Source of the DNA: Candidatus Falkowbacteria bacterium | GTDB taxonomy: Bacteria > Patescibacteriota > Patescibacteriia > Patescibacteriales > GWE2-39-37 | Direction of reading: 5' to 3' | DNA length: 64,000 bases | Assembly (NCBI GenBank): GCA_037137775.1 | Contig: JBAXJQ010000001.1 | Span: 32,316-96,315, forward strand | Part shown: piece by piece, positions 29,132 through 40,108 of the stretch | Layout of the letters: each line of letters opens with the position of its first letter | How positions within the stretch are numbered: the first letter of the stretch is position 1 | Translations under genes and position numbers: made by a program | The notes under the pieces: model-generated | Database searches by the model: none | What the model saw: the letters and a program-made list of their open reading frames with translations, nothing else | Told to the model about the DNA's origin: nothing

Positions 29132-31027
29132 ATGTCAAAAATTTTAGGCATCGATTTAGGCACAACCAATTGTGCTATGGCTATCATCGAGGGTGGCCAA
29201 CCAAAAATCCTTGAAAATGCTGAAGGTGTGCGCACCACTCCTTCAATTGTAGCAGTCTCTAAAGCAGGTGAACGTTTAGTTGGTTTATCAGCAAAACGTC
29301 AGGCAGTAACTAATCCAGTTAATACCGTCTATGCAGTGAAACGATTAATTGGTCGTCGTTTTGGAGATGCAGAAGTGCAACGCGATTTAGGCGTAATGCC
29401 TTTTAAAATTGTAAAATCTGGTGATGGCGTCAAAGTGGTAATGACTGATAAAGAATATTCACCCCAGGAAGTGTCTGCTATGATACTGTCTAAGTTAAAG
29501 GCAGACGCTGAGGCGAAAACCGGGGAGAAAATTACTGAAGCTGTGATTACCGTACCGGCGTACTTTGATGATGCTCAGCGTCAGGCCACGAAAGATGCGG
29601 GCAAGATTGCCGGCTTGGATGTAAAACGCATTATAAACGAGCCAACCGCCGCTGCTTTGGCATATGGTTTTGATAAGAAGGCCGGCCAGCAGATTGTAGT
29701 TTACGATTTGGGTGGTGGCACTTTTGATATTTCTGTTTTAGATATTTCCGCTGACACGGTTGAAGTGAAATCTACCAATGGTAATACGCATTTAGGTGGT
29801 GAAGATTTCGATATGCGGATTATTAATTGGATTATTGAAGAGTTTAAAAAGGATCAAGGTGTTGATTTAAGTAAAGACACCTTGTCATTGCAACGCATCA
29901 AGGAGGCGGCAGAAAAAGCTAAGATAGAGTTGTCGACCGCCATGGAAACTGAAATCAATCAGCCATTTATTACTAGCGATGCTAACGGACCAAAGCATTT
30001 GGTAATGAAAATGAGTCGAGCTAAACTTGAATCATTGGTGATGGATTTGGTTGAAGCAACTTTAGAGCCAACCAAGGCCGCCTTAAAAGATGCTGGCTTA
30101 AGTGTTGGTCAGATTCAAGAAGTGGTTATGGTTGGGGGCATGACCCGTATGCCCTTAGTCTTACAAAAAGTGAAAGATTTTTTTGGTAAGGAGCCACATC
30201 TTGGTGTAAATCCGGATGAAGTAGTTGCCTTAGGTGCTGCAGTGCAAGCTGGTGTACTTCAAGGCGAGGTAAAAGATGTGTTGTTGCTAGATGTCACCCC
30301 CTTAACCTTAGGTATTGAAACTATGGGTGGTGTTTCTACCGCGTTAATTGAGCGCAACACTACGATTCCTACTTCAAAATCACAAGTATTTTCAACCGCT
30401 GCCGATAGCCAGACGAGCGTGGAGATCCATGTATTGCAGGGTGAACGGCCAATGGCAACGGATAATAAATCCTTAGGACGTTTCATCTTGGATGGTATTC
30501 CACCAGCACCTCGTGGCGTGCCTCAGGTTGAAGTTAAATTTGATCTCGATGCAAATGGCATCTTGAATGTTAGCGCTCGAGACAAGGCTACTAATAAAGA
30601 ACAAAAAATTACCATCACTTCATCTTCTGGATTATCCAAAGAAGAGGTAGAGCGGATGAAAAAGGAGGCCGAGTTGCATGCCGACGAAGACAAAAAGAAA
30701 AAAGATCAGATTGAAATAATGAATCAGGCCGAGTCGGTTGTATTTACCACAGAAAAACTTTTGAAAGAATCTGGTGAAAAAATGAAGCCCGAAGACAAGA
30801 CCGAGCTAGAGGGTAAGTTGGATGAATTAAAAAAAGCTAAAGAGGCGGGTGTAGCTGATACGGTCAAACAAAAGATGGATGAACTTTCAACCGTTGCACA
30901 ACGTATTGGCGCAGCGATGTATCAGCAAGCGGATAGTGTTGCCAATGATAGTCAGGGCAAAGCTGGACCAGCAGGAGAAGAACCAAAGAAAGAAGATGGT
31001 CCAGTTGAGGGCGAGGTAGTACAATAG
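29132..31027 (+). CDS. dnaK: Molecular chaperone DnaK (Hsp70)
   Basis: [21 protein letters not shown] and the substrate-binding domain through to the C-terminal lid are all present (631 aa). Confidence 0.95.
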   Translation: MSKILGIDLGTTNCAMAIIEGGQPKILENAEGVRTTPSIVAVSKAGERLVGLSAKRQAVTNPVNTVYAVKRLIGRRFGDAEVQRDLGVMPFKIVKSGDGVKVVMTDKEYSPQEVSAMILSKLKADAEAKTGEKITEAVITVPAYFDDAQRQATKDAGKIAGLDVKRIINEPTAAALAYGFDKKAGQQIVVYDLGGGTFDISVLDISADTVEVKSTNGNTHLGGEDFDMRIINWIIEEFKKDQGVDLSKDTLSLQRIKEAAEKAKIELSTAMETEINQPFITSDANGPKHLVMKMSRAKLESLVMDLVEATLEPTKAALKDAGLSVGQIQEVVMVGGMTRMPLVLQKVKDFFGKEPHLGVNPDEVVALGAAVQAGVLQGEVKDVLLLDVTPLTLGIETMGGVSTALIERNTTIPTSKSQVFSTAADSQTSVEIHVLQGERPMATDNKSLGRFILDGIPPAPRGVPQVEVKFDLDANGILNVSARDKATNKEQKITITSSSGLSKEEVERMKKEAELHADEDKKKKDQIEIMNQAESVVFTTEKLLKESGEKMKPEDKTELEGKLDELKKAKEAGVADTVKQKMDELSTVAQRIGAAMYQQADSVANDSQGKAGPAGEEPKKEDGPVEGEVVQ

Positions 31028-31105
31028 TAGTATTTTCATACGTTGTCCAAAACTTTGGACAACGGCTTGAGAATAGTAATAAAATTTTAACTATCAAAAA
31101 AATCA

Positions 31106-32182
31106 ATGGCCAAGGATTATTATAATATATTAGGGGTGGACAAGGGTGCATCGGCGGAAGAAATTAAAAAGGCTTTTCGGAAAAAAGCCCACGAATATCA
31201 TCCCGATAAACCGCATGGCGATGAAGCTAAGTTTAAAGAAATCAATGAAGCCTATCAAACATTAAGCGACGTGAATAAGCGGGCGCAGTACGATCGATTT
31301 GGTTCAAACTACGAACAGGCGCAGCAAGGTGGTTTTGGCGGCTTCAACGGTTTTAATCAGGGACAAGGTGGTGTTGAATTTGATATGGGTGATTTGAGTG
31401 AGATGTTCGGCGGGTTCGGTGATATTTTTGGTTTTGGCGGCGGACGTGGCAAGGGTCGTTCGCAACGCGGCAAAGACATTGAGGTAACCCTCTCTCTCAA
31501 ATTTGAAGAAGCAATATTTGGCACGGAAAAAGAAATCGGTTTGAAAAAGGCGGTAGTGTGCGGTCATTGTCATGGTAATGGTGCAGAACCCGGTTCAAAA
31601 ATTGATACCTGTCAGACCTGTCAAGGCACAGGTCGAGTAGTACGTATACAGCGAACTATTCTGGGTAATGTACAGACTCAATCAGTCTGCCCAGATTGTC
31701 ATGGTGAAGGCAAGTCTTACAGTCAAAAATGCCGCCAATGCGGAGGTAACGGAGTTGAGCACAAGGTTGCCTCAATCAACGTAAAGATCCCCGCAGGTGT
31801 GGATAATGGCTCGGTGATTAAATTAGTAGGGCAGGGCGAGGCAGGTTTACACAGTGGCGGTATGGGTGATTTATATTTACATATTCGAGTTGAAACGAGT
31901 AAGCAATTTGAACGCAGGGGAGATGATATACTCGACCGAGTAGAAATCAGCATGACACAGGCTGCTTTAGGTGCTAAAATAGAGGTGCAAACCTTAGAAG
32001 GCGTCATTACCCTAAAAATTCCCGAGGGCACACAATCCGGTAAGGTATTCATATTGCGGGACCGCGGCGTGCCTCGACTAAAGAGCAAAGGCAGGGGTGA
32101 TCAGTTAGTGACAGTGGTAGTTAAAACTCCCACTAATCTATCCCGACATCAACGTCAATTATTAGAACAAATAGGTTTATAA
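31106..32182 (+). CDS. dnaJ: Chaperone DnaJ
   Basis: J-domain (HPDKP), a G/F-rich region, four CxxCxGxG zinc-finger repeats and the C-terminal domains. Confidence 0.9.
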   Translation: MAKDYYNILGVDKGASAEEIKKAFRKKAHEYHPDKPHGDEAKFKEINEAYQTLSDVNKRAQYDRFGSNYEQAQQGGFGGFNGFNQGQGGVEFDMGDLSEMFGGFGDIFGFGGGRGKGRSQRGKDIEVTLSLKFEEAIFGTEKEIGLKKAVVCGHCHGNGAEPGSKIDTCQTCQGTGRVVRIQRTILGNVQTQSVCPDCHGEGKSYSQKCRQCGGNGVEHKVASINVKIPAGVDNGSVIKLVGQGEAGLHSGGMGDLYLHIRVETSKQFERRGDDILDRVEISMTQAALGAKIEVQTLEGVITLKIPEGTQSGKVFILRDRGVPRLKSKGRGDQLVTVVVKTPTNLSRHQRQLLEQIGL

Positions 32183-32204
32183 TTATCACATATAATCAAT
32201 CATT

Positions 32205-32837
32205 ATGTGTAGCGAATTTAAAACATCCCTTTTTGAAGAACCTTTAATCATCGACTACACGGCGTTGCTTAAGGAGGCAAGAGATTTTTCGCCAGAGTTA
32301 AAAAATGCCATAGAAGGTGTGATTAATGAAAAGATTGGCAATATTGCCAGGCGAAAAAACATTATTATATCATCGAGCTGGTTATACGAAATTGAAGATA
32401 GGCTTAATCATGATAATCCAGCAACAATAAATTCTGATTTACGTAAAATTATTTTAAAGCTGCTAATAAAAATTACAAACAGTAACTTGGGCGTAAGTTC
32501 AGACAATAAAGAATTAAAACTATTACTTCATAATTTAACTTTGGAAGATAATAATGCTGATCTAATAGAAAAAGGAGCACACCCGGCCTTGGTCGGACAA
32601 TACGGCGATGGGCACCAAGAAATTAAGGAGATTCTTGGCACAAATCCTTACATAAAAAATCATGGTAGAGGTAAAGAAGATGATATTGGCCATATTTATC
32701 GAACTAAGGGAAGTAGACGAGTGAATGGTAATTCTTCAAAACAGGTAATAACCGATCCAAATCAAGAATGGCTAAAAACACATGAGCGGGAAAAAGAGAA
32801 GGCAGAAGATGAATTAAGAAAACTTCGTTTTGGATAA
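32205..32837 (+). CDS. Hypothetical cytosolic protein (210 aa), AT-rich; its 3' end overlaps the htrA start
   Basis: Long ORF with a possible co-transcription overlap with htrA. I recognise no motif in it. Confidence 0.4.
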   Translation: MCSEFKTSLFEEPLIIDYTALLKEARDFSPELKNAIEGVINEKIGNIARRKNIIISSSWLYEIEDRLNHDNPATINSDLRKIILKLLIKITNSNLGVSSDNKELKLLLHNLTLEDNNADLIEKGAHPALVGQYGDGHQEIKEILGTNPYIKNHGRGKEDDIGHIYRTKGSRRVNGNSSKQVITDPNQEWLKTHEREKEKAEDELRKLRFG

Positions 32838-33975
32838 CTATAAACCAAAAAAAATGAAAACACGATTAAAATATTTTTTTCTCATTTCAGTCGGTTTTTT
32901 TATTGGTCTAAGTGCAATTGTGCTGCAACCCAAAACAATTGCTAATGTTTTGCAGTTAGATGAACAGGCGGCAACGGTATTGGCAATAAATAAAGTATCA
33001 CCTGCGGTGGTAAATATCGATCTTTTTGCCGATCAAGTAGTAACAAAGCAAGATGAATTAACGGGTCAGTCTAAAAGCGAAAAGCAAACTAAAAAAGTCG
33101 GTTCGGGAACTGGTTTTTTGGTTTCAGCCGATGGTTTAATCTTGACCAATAAACATGTTATTCAAGTAGATAACCCTTCTGCGGCAAGTTATCGGGTTAC
33201 TCTACATAGCGGTAAAAAATACTACGCGCAACTTATTGGCAATGATCCGTTAAATGATTTAGCGGTTATTAAAATTTTTGATAAAAAATTACCGTTTGTA
33301 GAGTTGGGTGATAGTGATAAGTTAACCGCTGGGTTATCTGTTATTGCCATTGGCAATGCGCTCGGTATTTATCAGAATTCAGTTACCAAGGGCATTGTGA
33401 GTGGTTTAAATCGGGATATTGTGGCGAGCGATCAATCGGGCAATGCAGAAAATTTGGGTAACATCATTCAGACTGATGCAGAAATAAATGTTGGCAATTC
33501 GGGCGGGCCGTTAGTTGATCTAAATGGTAAGGTGGTTGGCGTGAACGTTGCCACAGATCTTTCCGGTGCCTCAATTGGCTTTGCTATACCAATTAACGAT
33601 GCGAGGCCAGTAATACAAAGCGTTTTAAAATCGGGACGAATAATTCGACCACGACTGGGAATAAGATATTTAACGTTAACCCCTGAAATAGCCAAAGAAA
33701 ATAAATTGGCGCGTGATAGCGGAGCCTGGCTAAATACAAGTGAAACAGGCGAATCGCCGATTACACCTGGTTCTCCAGCTGAAAAAGCTGGCCTTAAAAC
33801 TGGGGATATTATTTTTGAAATCAATGGCAAGGCGCTGTCGGAGGCCAACACTCTAATAAGTTCTACTCAAAAACTAAAACCAGGTGACAGTATAAAATTG
33901 AAAGTTTTTCGTGATGACAAGGTAATAATACTGCAGGCAATATTAGATGAGTTTATGATTAACTTGCGTTCTTAA
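32830..33975 (+). CDS. htrA: HtrA/DegP-family serine protease with a C-terminal PDZ domain
   Basis: Catalytic triad contexts TNKHV, DLAV and GNSGGPL, with a PDZ segment (GLKTGDIIFEINGK). Confidence 0.85.
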   Translation: MDNYKPKKMKTRLKYFFLISVGFFIGLSAIVLQPKTIANVLQLDEQAATVLAINKVSPAVVNIDLFADQVVTKQDELTGQSKSEKQTKKVGSGTGFLVSADGLILTNKHVIQVDNPSAASYRVTLHSGKKYYAQLIGNDPLNDLAVIKIFDKKLPFVELGDSDKLTAGLSVIAIGNALGIYQNSVTKGIVSGLNRDIVASDQSGNAENLGNIIQTDAEINVGNSGGPLVDLNGKVVGVNVATDLSGASIGFAIPINDARPVIQSVLKSGRIIRPRLGIRYLTLTPEIAKENKLARDSGAWLNTSETGESPITPGSPAEKAGLKTGDIIFEINGKALSEANTLISSTQKLKPGDSIKLKVFRDDKVIILQAILDEFMINLRS

Positions 33976-34047
33976 TCTTTCTCAATTATAATAGAAGTAG
34001 AAATCCACAGTGATGGGGATTTCTCTTGTAGTAGAATAAAAAACCTT

Positions 34048-34977
34048 ATGATTGAAATCACAAATCTCGTGAAAAAGTTCGGACACCACAAGGTGCTCGA
34101 TAATGTGAGTTTTACTGTTTCTAAGGGGGAAGTGCTTGGTTTACTAGGGCCGAATGGTGCCGGTAAATCGACCACCATGAAAATTTTAACCACTTTTTGG
34201 TTACCGACCAGAGGCAGTGTTAAAATTGACGGGCTTGACGTTAACGAACAGCCATTGGCTATTCGGAAAAAAATTGGGTATTTGCCCGAAACAGTACCAT
34301 TGTATGACGAAATGCAGGTGCGTGAGTATTTAAAATTTGTTGCGGGTGTTCGTAAAATACCAAAAGAGAGGGTAAATAGTCGCTTACGAGAAGTGGCTAA
34401 GCGGTGCGGTTTAGAAAAAGTCTGGAAACAGCCAATCGAGGAACTTTCAAAAGGATATCGACAACGGGTCGGTTTGGCTCAGGCGATTATTCATGATCCA
34501 GAAATTTTAATTTTAGATGAACCAACCACCGGACTCGACCCGAATCAAATAGTTGAAATTCGTGAACTTATTAAAGAACTAGGTAAAGAAAAGACAGTAA
34601 TTTTTTCCACTCATATATTAACCGAAGTCAGTGCTACTTGCGATCGTGTGATTATTATTAATCAGGGCAAAGTAGTTGGCGAAGGAAAACCGGATGATCT
34701 CACTAATGCGCTGGGCGGGAAGAATACGGTGGTTGTTAAAGTAAGCGGACCAGCCGATGAAATTGTTCGACAGGTGCAGGCCTTGGCTGGAGTTGAAAGT
34801 GCAAGCATTGTTGAACGCGGATTGAATAATCAAACTATTTTGGAAATCGTACCCAAGCCGCAAGCTGAAATTAGAGACGAGATCCTTAAGGTTATCATCG
34901 GAGGTGGTTGGCAGTTGATTGAATTTAACCAAAAAGCTGCATCGCTTGAGGATGTATTTAGAACTTTAACTAAATAA
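34048..34977 (+). CDS. ABC transporter ATP-binding protein (ABC-2/GldA-like)
   Basis: Walker A GPNGAGKST, signature LSKGYRQR and Walker B ILILDEPT. Confidence 0.85.
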   Translation: MIEITNLVKKFGHHKVLDNVSFTVSKGEVLGLLGPNGAGKSTTMKILTTFWLPTRGSVKIDGLDVNEQPLAIRKKIGYLPETVPLYDEMQVREYLKFVAGVRKIPKERVNSRLREVAKRCGLEKVWKQPIEELSKGYRQRVGLAQAIIHDPEILILDEPTTGLDPNQIVEIRELIKELGKEKTVIFSTHILTEVSATCDRVIIINQGKVVGEGKPDDLTNALGGKNTVVVKVSGPADEIVRQVQALAGVESASIVERGLNNQTILEIVPKPQAEIRDEILKVIIGGGWQLIEFNQKAASLEDVFRTLTK

Positions 34978-34978
34978 T

Positions 34979-35716
34979 ATGACTATCAACAAAGCCTATT
35001 TAGAAACGGTCTATATCTTGGGCAAAAAAGAACTGGCGTCATATTTTAATTCGCCGATCGCTTATATCTTTATCGGTGCATTTTTGCTGGTTGGAAATTG
35101 GTTATTTTTTACCAATTTTTATTTGATCAATGAGGCAAGTATGCGGCAATATTTTAGTTTTTTGCCGTGGATGTTTATGTTTTTAGCCCCGGCTATCACC
35201 ATGCGTTTGTGGGCCGAAGAAAAAAAATCTGGTACAATCGAATTTTTGCTTACGTTGCCGATTACCAACTTTCAGGCCGTATTAGCAAAATTCTTAAGCT
35301 CCTTAGCCTTTATCGCAATTGGTTTATTGCTTACATTAACATTACCAATTTCAGTTGCACAAATCGGGCATTTAGATTGGGGGCCAGTCATTGGCAGTTA
35401 TTTAGGCGCATTACTTTTAGCTGGAGCATATTTAGCCCTGGGTCTATTTATTTCGGCATTAACTAAAAATCAGATTATTTCATTTGTGTTAGCGTTGTTT
35501 GCCAGCTTTGGTTTTTATATAATCGGTTCTGATTTTGTGGTCGCTAGCGCCCCACAATTATTCGTACCGATTTTTAGTTTTCTTGGGTTGGGTAGTCATT
35601 TTCAGACAATTGCCAAGGGCGTAATCGACACTAAAGATTTGTTTTATTACTTATCATTTATCCTGTTTTTTCTCTGGCTCAATCACCGAGTGATTGAACA
35701 GCGGAATTGGCAATAA
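34979..35716 (+). CDS. ABC-2 family permease (GldF-like)
   Basis: A six-TM hydrophobic protein lying directly after the ATPase gene. Confidence 0.6.
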   Translation: MTINKAYLETVYILGKKELASYFNSPIAYIFIGAFLLVGNWLFFTNFYLINEASMRQYFSFLPWMFMFLAPAITMRLWAEEKKSGTIEFLLTLPITNFQAVLAKFLSSLAFIAIGLLLTLTLPISVAQIGHLDWGPVIGSYLGALLLAGAYLALGLFISALTKNQIISFVLALFASFGFYIIGSDFVVASAPQLFVPIFSFLGLGSHFQTIAKGVIDTKDLFYYLSFILFFLWLNHRVIEQRNWQ

Positions 35717-37245
35717 CGTTTATCAGTATGAAATTAACTAAACAATTAAGCGCCTGGCAAAAACAAACTAACTTCGGCATAACCATCGTATTAGTAATCG
35801 CTGTTGTGGCGATGCTTAATTTTTTTGCCAACGAGATTTTTTTTCGCTTCGATTTAAGCCAAAATAAAAGCTATACCTTATCAACGGTTAGTAAAAATTT
35901 GGGCAAGAATCTAGATGATGTTATAACCATTAAAGCTTTTATCAGTGATAATTTACCCAGCCAATATTTTACCGCCAAGCAAGAGGCCTTGGACTTACTC
36001 AATGAATACGAGCGGTATGGCCGAGGTAAAATTAAAGTGTTATTTTTAACACCCAAGACTGATCAAGAAACAGCCATGGCCATGCAACGTCAAGGCATCC
36101 CCCAGGTTCAATTTAATGTAACAGGCAATGATAAATTTGAAGCGGTAAATGGATTTTTTGGCATCACTATTGCCTATGGCGGTGATCAAGAAGTAATTCC
36201 TGTTGTACAGCCAGGTGATAATTTAGAATATCAAATTACAACCGCTATTAAAAAATTAACCAACAAAGAGGGATTGAAAATCGGTTGGTTAACGAGTAAT
36301 CAAACGTTGAATACACAAAATGAAGTAAATACCGTTTATAGTGAACTGTCCAAGCTCTATACCATAACTGATGTCGATTTAACAAAGGAAAAGGACGTGC
36401 CAGCTGGTCTGAAATCGTTAATTATTGCTGGTCCAAAATTAAAATTTGAAGCCAAGGAATTGGCTGCAATTAAAGCCTACCTTGGCCGAGGTGGCTCAGT
36501 TTTGTTGTTAGCCGATGGTGTTAAAGTTGATCAAGGCTTGGTCGCTGCTACTCAGGATTTAGGACTTAATGGATTACTAAATGAATACGGTTTACATTTA
36601 AATCAGAATCTAGTCATGGATTCACAGCAAGGTATCGCTTCGTTCAATTCTGGTTTTATGGTTATAAATTTGCCCTATCCATATTGGCCAAGAATTTCTG
36701 CGAACGGTTTTGATCAAAAAAATCCAGCCGTATCAAAATTGGAAAATCTTGTCTTGCCCTGGGTAAGTAGTATTGATGTTACCAAGGAAAAGTTACCAGC
36801 TAATTCGACTGCTGATCTTTTAGTAAAGTCGTCCAATAAAGCGTGGTTGGCTGCCGACAAACCAGACTTAAACCCCACCAACACGATTAAGCCAGGTAAA
36901 TATGCGCAGTATAATTTGGCAGTTGCGGTAGCTGGCCAGGGGCAAAATCTCTTCCGTTTAGTGGTAGTCGGCGATAGCGACTTTATTAAAGACAATCTTT
37001 TATCCGTGGGCGATAATGCCACCTTTTTCTTAAATTTAGTTGATTCAATTAGTCTAGATGGTGATTTAATGGCCATTAGAGCTAAGGCTGCACAAAGTAG
37101 TCCAATTGATAAAACATTGAGTGATGGTACTAAAAAAACCATTCGGTATGCTAACGTTTTTGGTATTACTATTTTGGTAATCAGTTTTGGCATTTATCGG
37201 TATTACGCCCGAAGGCGAAAAAAGACTAACGAACTTGAGGATTAA
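35707..37245 (+). CDS. GldG-like ABC-transporter auxiliary component, with N- and C-terminal TM anchors
   Basis: 512 aa with TM helices at both ends, in a gldA/gldF/gldG-type arrangement. Confidence 0.5.
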   Translation: MAITFISMKLTKQLSAWQKQTNFGITIVLVIAVVAMLNFFANEIFFRFDLSQNKSYTLSTVSKNLGKNLDDVITIKAFISDNLPSQYFTAKQEALDLLNEYERYGRGKIKVLFLTPKTDQETAMAMQRQGIPQVQFNVTGNDKFEAVNGFFGITIAYGGDQEVIPVVQPGDNLEYQITTAIKKLTNKEGLKIGWLTSNQTLNTQNEVNTVYSELSKLYTITDVDLTKEKDVPAGLKSLIIAGPKLKFEAKELAAIKAYLGRGGSVLLLADGVKVDQGLVAATQDLGLNGLLNEYGLHLNQNLVMDSQQGIASFNSGFMVINLPYPYWPRISANGFDQKNPAVSKLENLVLPWVSSIDVTKEKLPANSTADLLVKSSNKAWLAADKPDLNPTNTIKPGKYAQYNLAVAVAGQGQNLFRLVVVGDSDFIKDNLLSVGDNATFFLNLVDSISLDGDLMAIRAKAAQSSPIDKTLSDGTKKTIRYANVFGITILVISFGIYRYYARRRKKTNELED

Positions 37246-37248
37246 ACC

Positions 37249-37515
37249 ATGAAAATAGTGAAGTTTTCCGCTCTTTGGTGTGCTGATTGTATTGTCATGC
37301 GACCAATGTGGCAGGAAATAAACAACGTTTATCCGGACATTTTAATAGAAGAATTTGACATTGATGATTATCCGGATGTAGCTAAGACACTAGGTGTTGT
37401 TAAAGCGCCCACTACCATATTTTATGGTAGTGATGAAATTGAATTGACTCGATTGATTGGGATTCAAAATCAGCAAACGCTATTTGATTATATAAAACGA
37501 TTAAGTGAAACATAA
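37249..37515 (+). CDS. Thioredoxin-like small protein
   Basis: 88 aa with a WCADC (CxxC) motif in a thioredoxin-fold context. Confidence 0.5.
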   Translation: MKIVKFSALWCADCIVMRPMWQEINNVYPDILIEEFDIDDYPDVAKTLGVVKAPTTIFYGSDEIELTRLIGIQNQQTLFDYIKRLSET

Positions 37516-37517
37516 TT

Positions 37518-38432
37518 ATGACTACACAAGCAAAACAAAACGCCTGGTTGGGCGGAATATTAGTCGGTTTGATCGTTCTAGCCGTACTCTATCAAGGGCC
37601 ATATCGTCAATGGCAAGTAAGTAGGAGTGAACCGATAAATGTGTTTAGCGGAATTCAGACCGATGATATTAATCGCATGACAATAGAAGTAAATGGCAAG
37701 ACCATTGAATTAATCAAAAAAGATAACGGCTGGGAGTTTCCCGACCAAGCACATGCCTTTCCGTTGGAGCAGTCATTTGTAGTCCAGGCCATTGACCGTA
37801 TCAAGGCCGCTGCCAAGGCCAAGGTGCAATTAGTCAGTACCAAGAAAGAAAAGCAATCAGAATTTGGTGTTGGTAGTGAGGGCTCAACGGTTAAACTGTT
37901 TCAGGACAACAAGGAAAAAGTCGCTGTAGTCATAGGTAGTACGGCAAAGGATTATGTCAGCACCTATCTCCGTCCAATTAAAGATGACAATACATATAAG
38001 CTTGATGGAATAAGTTTGGCCGTTTTTTATACGCCAGATTGGCGCAGTAAAGAAATTGTTAAATTCGATGTTAAATCTATTAATAACGCAAGGCTGCAAA
38101 CACCCAAAAGTGAGATCAAATTAACCAAAACTGGAGAGGATTGGTTTGCGGGCAAGGTTAAATTAAACAAAATCAAGGTAGAATCACTTCTTTCAACGTT
38201 ATCGAATCTTTTTGCGGCTGATATTCCGGAACAAAAATTTGAACCAAGTGGGTTAGCGAAGAGTTCGCTTATTATTCAAGTGGGCGGCAAAGATGCCAAT
38301 ATCACGGTTATGGTTGGTAATAAAAACAGTAAAGGTGAATTTTACGTAAAAACAGGGGACAGTGATCGAATTTACTTGATTGGCGGTGGTGATCAAGCGT
38401 CATTAAGTAAAAATTTAAATGAGTTGAAATAA
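37518..38432 (+). CDS. Hypothetical membrane-anchored protein, DUF4340-like partner of GldG-type systems
   Basis: N-terminal TM followed by a soluble domain. It sits where DUF4340 proteins are usually found in GldG operons. This is an inference from synteny. Confidence 0.4.
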   Translation: MTTQAKQNAWLGGILVGLIVLAVLYQGPYRQWQVSRSEPINVFSGIQTDDINRMTIEVNGKTIELIKKDNGWEFPDQAHAFPLEQSFVVQAIDRIKAAAKAKVQLVSTKKEKQSEFGVGSEGSTVKLFQDNKEKVAVVIGSTAKDYVSTYLRPIKDDNTYKLDGISLAVFYTPDWRSKEIVKFDVKSINNARLQTPKSEIKLTKTGEDWFAGKVKLNKIKVESLLSTLSNLFAADIPEQKFEPSGLAKSSLIIQVGGKDANITVMVGNKNSKGEFYVKTGDSDRIYLIGGGDQASLSKNLNELK

Positions 38433-38449
38433 ATATCAAGGGGTAAATA

Positions 38450-38486
38450 AAAAATGAAGCTGGAAAAATCTAGCTTCATTTTTTGT
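38450..38486 (+). terminator. Rho-independent terminator
   Basis: Hairpin atgaagctgg-aaaaatc-tagcttcat followed by TTTTTT. Confidence 0.6.
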
Positions 38487-38497
38487 TTCATGATATT

Positions 38498-38506
38498 ATG
38501 GTATAA
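38498..38506 (+). promoter_or_regulatory. Extended -10 promoter element (TGgTATAAT) upstream of the pfkB-family kinase
   Basis: TGGTATAAT lies 20 nt upstream of the ATG at 38527. Confidence 0.4.
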
Positions 38507-38526
38507 TATTAAAAATAGAATTCATT

Positions 38527-39516
38527 ATGCAATACCAAATAATAACAATCGGAGGAGCGACAGAAGACATATTTCTCTATACTAATGAAGGAGTCTTAAT
38601 TCATAATGATCATGATGTTGTTAGGCCAAAACTATTAGGCTTTACTTATGGTGCCAAAATTAAAATCGACCGTTATTTCAGCTCGGTGGGTGGAGGTGCA
38701 GCAAATACTGCAGTTTGTTTGAGTCGACTTGGCTTTAAGACCGCAGCTGCAATTGCGATAGGCAAGGATGATCGTGGGGCTAATATAATTTCTCAATTAA
38801 AACAAGAAAAAGTGGCTACGGGTTTGGTGCAAAAATTTAGCCACGAGATTACCGGCATGTCTTCTATTGTGGTAAATAATAATTTTGAACATGTAACGTT
38901 TTCCATTCGAGGCGCAAATACACAATTGGAAATTACCAATCGAGTAAAGCGCAAGTTAGGACAAACTGAATGGATTTATCTTACATCTCTTTCAGGTAAA
39001 TGGCAGCATAGCCTTGACCAAATTTTTTCCTTACCTGACGTAAAAGTCGTTTGGAATCCGGGCAATGTTCAACTGAAAGCAGGAAAACAAGCTTTATCAA
39101 AATATTTAAAACAAACACATGTTTTGATTTTAAATCACGACGAAGCAAGAGCATTAGTACATTCAGATAAACGCTATGTCCGCAAACCCTTACGGTTCTA
39201 TGATGATCCAGCGCAACTAATCAAAGTAATTAACGGTTGGGGACCGCAGATTGTGGTAATTACATTAAGCGATAAGGGTGCGGTCGGCTGTACTCATAAA
39301 CAGTGCTATCATGTGCCAAGTATTAAAGTGCGTCATCATATCAATACTGTTGGCGTGGGCGATGCCTTCGGCTCAACTTTACTAGCTGGCTTAATATGGC
39401 ACCCTGATGATTTAGCTAAGGCGATGCAACTAGCAGCTAAAAATGCTGCAGAGATTGTAAAAAAATTAGGCGCGCAAACGGGGCTACTGCGCCGGAAACA
39501 ATTAATCGAAGAATAA
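38527..39516 (+). CDS. PfkB-family carbohydrate kinase (ribokinase-like)
   Basis: N-terminal IITIGGATEDIF and the C-terminal anion hole TVGVGDAFGSTLLAG. Confidence 0.8.
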   Translation: MQYQIITIGGATEDIFLYTNEGVLIHNDHDVVRPKLLGFTYGAKIKIDRYFSSVGGGAANTAVCLSRLGFKTAAAIAIGKDDRGANIISQLKQEKVATGLVQKFSHEITGMSSIVVNNNFEHVTFSIRGANTQLEITNRVKRKLGQTEWIYLTSLSGKWQHSLDQIFSLPDVKVVWNPGNVQLKAGKQALSKYLKQTHVLILNHDEARALVHSDKRYVRKPLRFYDDPAQLIKVINGWGPQIVVITLSDKGAVGCTHKQCYHVPSIKVRHHINTVGVGDAFGSTLLAGLIWHPDDLAKAMQLAAKNAAEIVKKLGAQTGLLRRKQLIEE

Positions 39517-39519
39517 TAT

Positions 39520-40107
39520 ATGTTTATCCGCAATAAAAAAACCGTGCATGTTGAGATGTCAGCTCGACATGCCCATTTAACAAAAGCTCATTTTGAAAAG
39601 TTGTTTGGCAAGGGTGCAGTTTTTTCAGTTTTACGAGCACTTTCGCAACCAGGAGAATTTGCCAGCAGCTTAACACTTGACGTAGTTGGCAAGCATGGTG
39701 AATTGAAATCGGTTCGAATTCTTGGTCCGTTACGACCATATAGTCAAGTCGAAGTATCATATACAGATGCACGTGCGCTAGGTGTAGTGCCACCTATTCG
39801 GGAGAGCGGTATGCACGATGGCACGCCTGGTGCTACGCTGGTTGGCCCTGCTGGCTCGGTAACGATTAAAAAGGGGGTGGTGGTTGCTAATCGACATATT
39901 CATTGTTCTACGGCGCAAGCCAAGTCGCTTCGTTTGCGACATGGGCAATTTGTTAAGATAAAAATCGCTGGCGCGCGTGCTGCGGTGTTAGATCGAGTTA
40001 TGATTAAAGTTAATGATAACTACGACTGGCATTGCCATCTCGACACAGACGAGGGGAATGCGGTTGGCATAACCAAGGAGAATGATCTTGCCGAAGTAAT
40101 TATTTAA
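39520..40107 (+). CDS. pduL: PduL/EutD-type phosphate acyltransferase
   Basis: Two PduL repeats with SARHAHL and ANRHIH motifs. Confidence 0.7.
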   Translation: MFIRNKKTVHVEMSARHAHLTKAHFEKLFGKGAVFSVLRALSQPGEFASSLTLDVVGKHGELKSVRILGPLRPYSQVEVSYTDARALGVVPPIRESGMHDGTPGATLVGPAGSVTIKKGVVVANRHIHCSTAQAKSLRLRHGQFVKIKIAGARAAVLDRVMIKVNDNYDWHCHLDTDEGNAVGITKENDLAEVII

Positions 40108-40108
40108 T

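Noticed and set aside
36714-37193. 159-aa minus-strand ORF
   Set aside because: It is embedded antisense in the gldG-like gene and is hydrophobic only by mirror composition.
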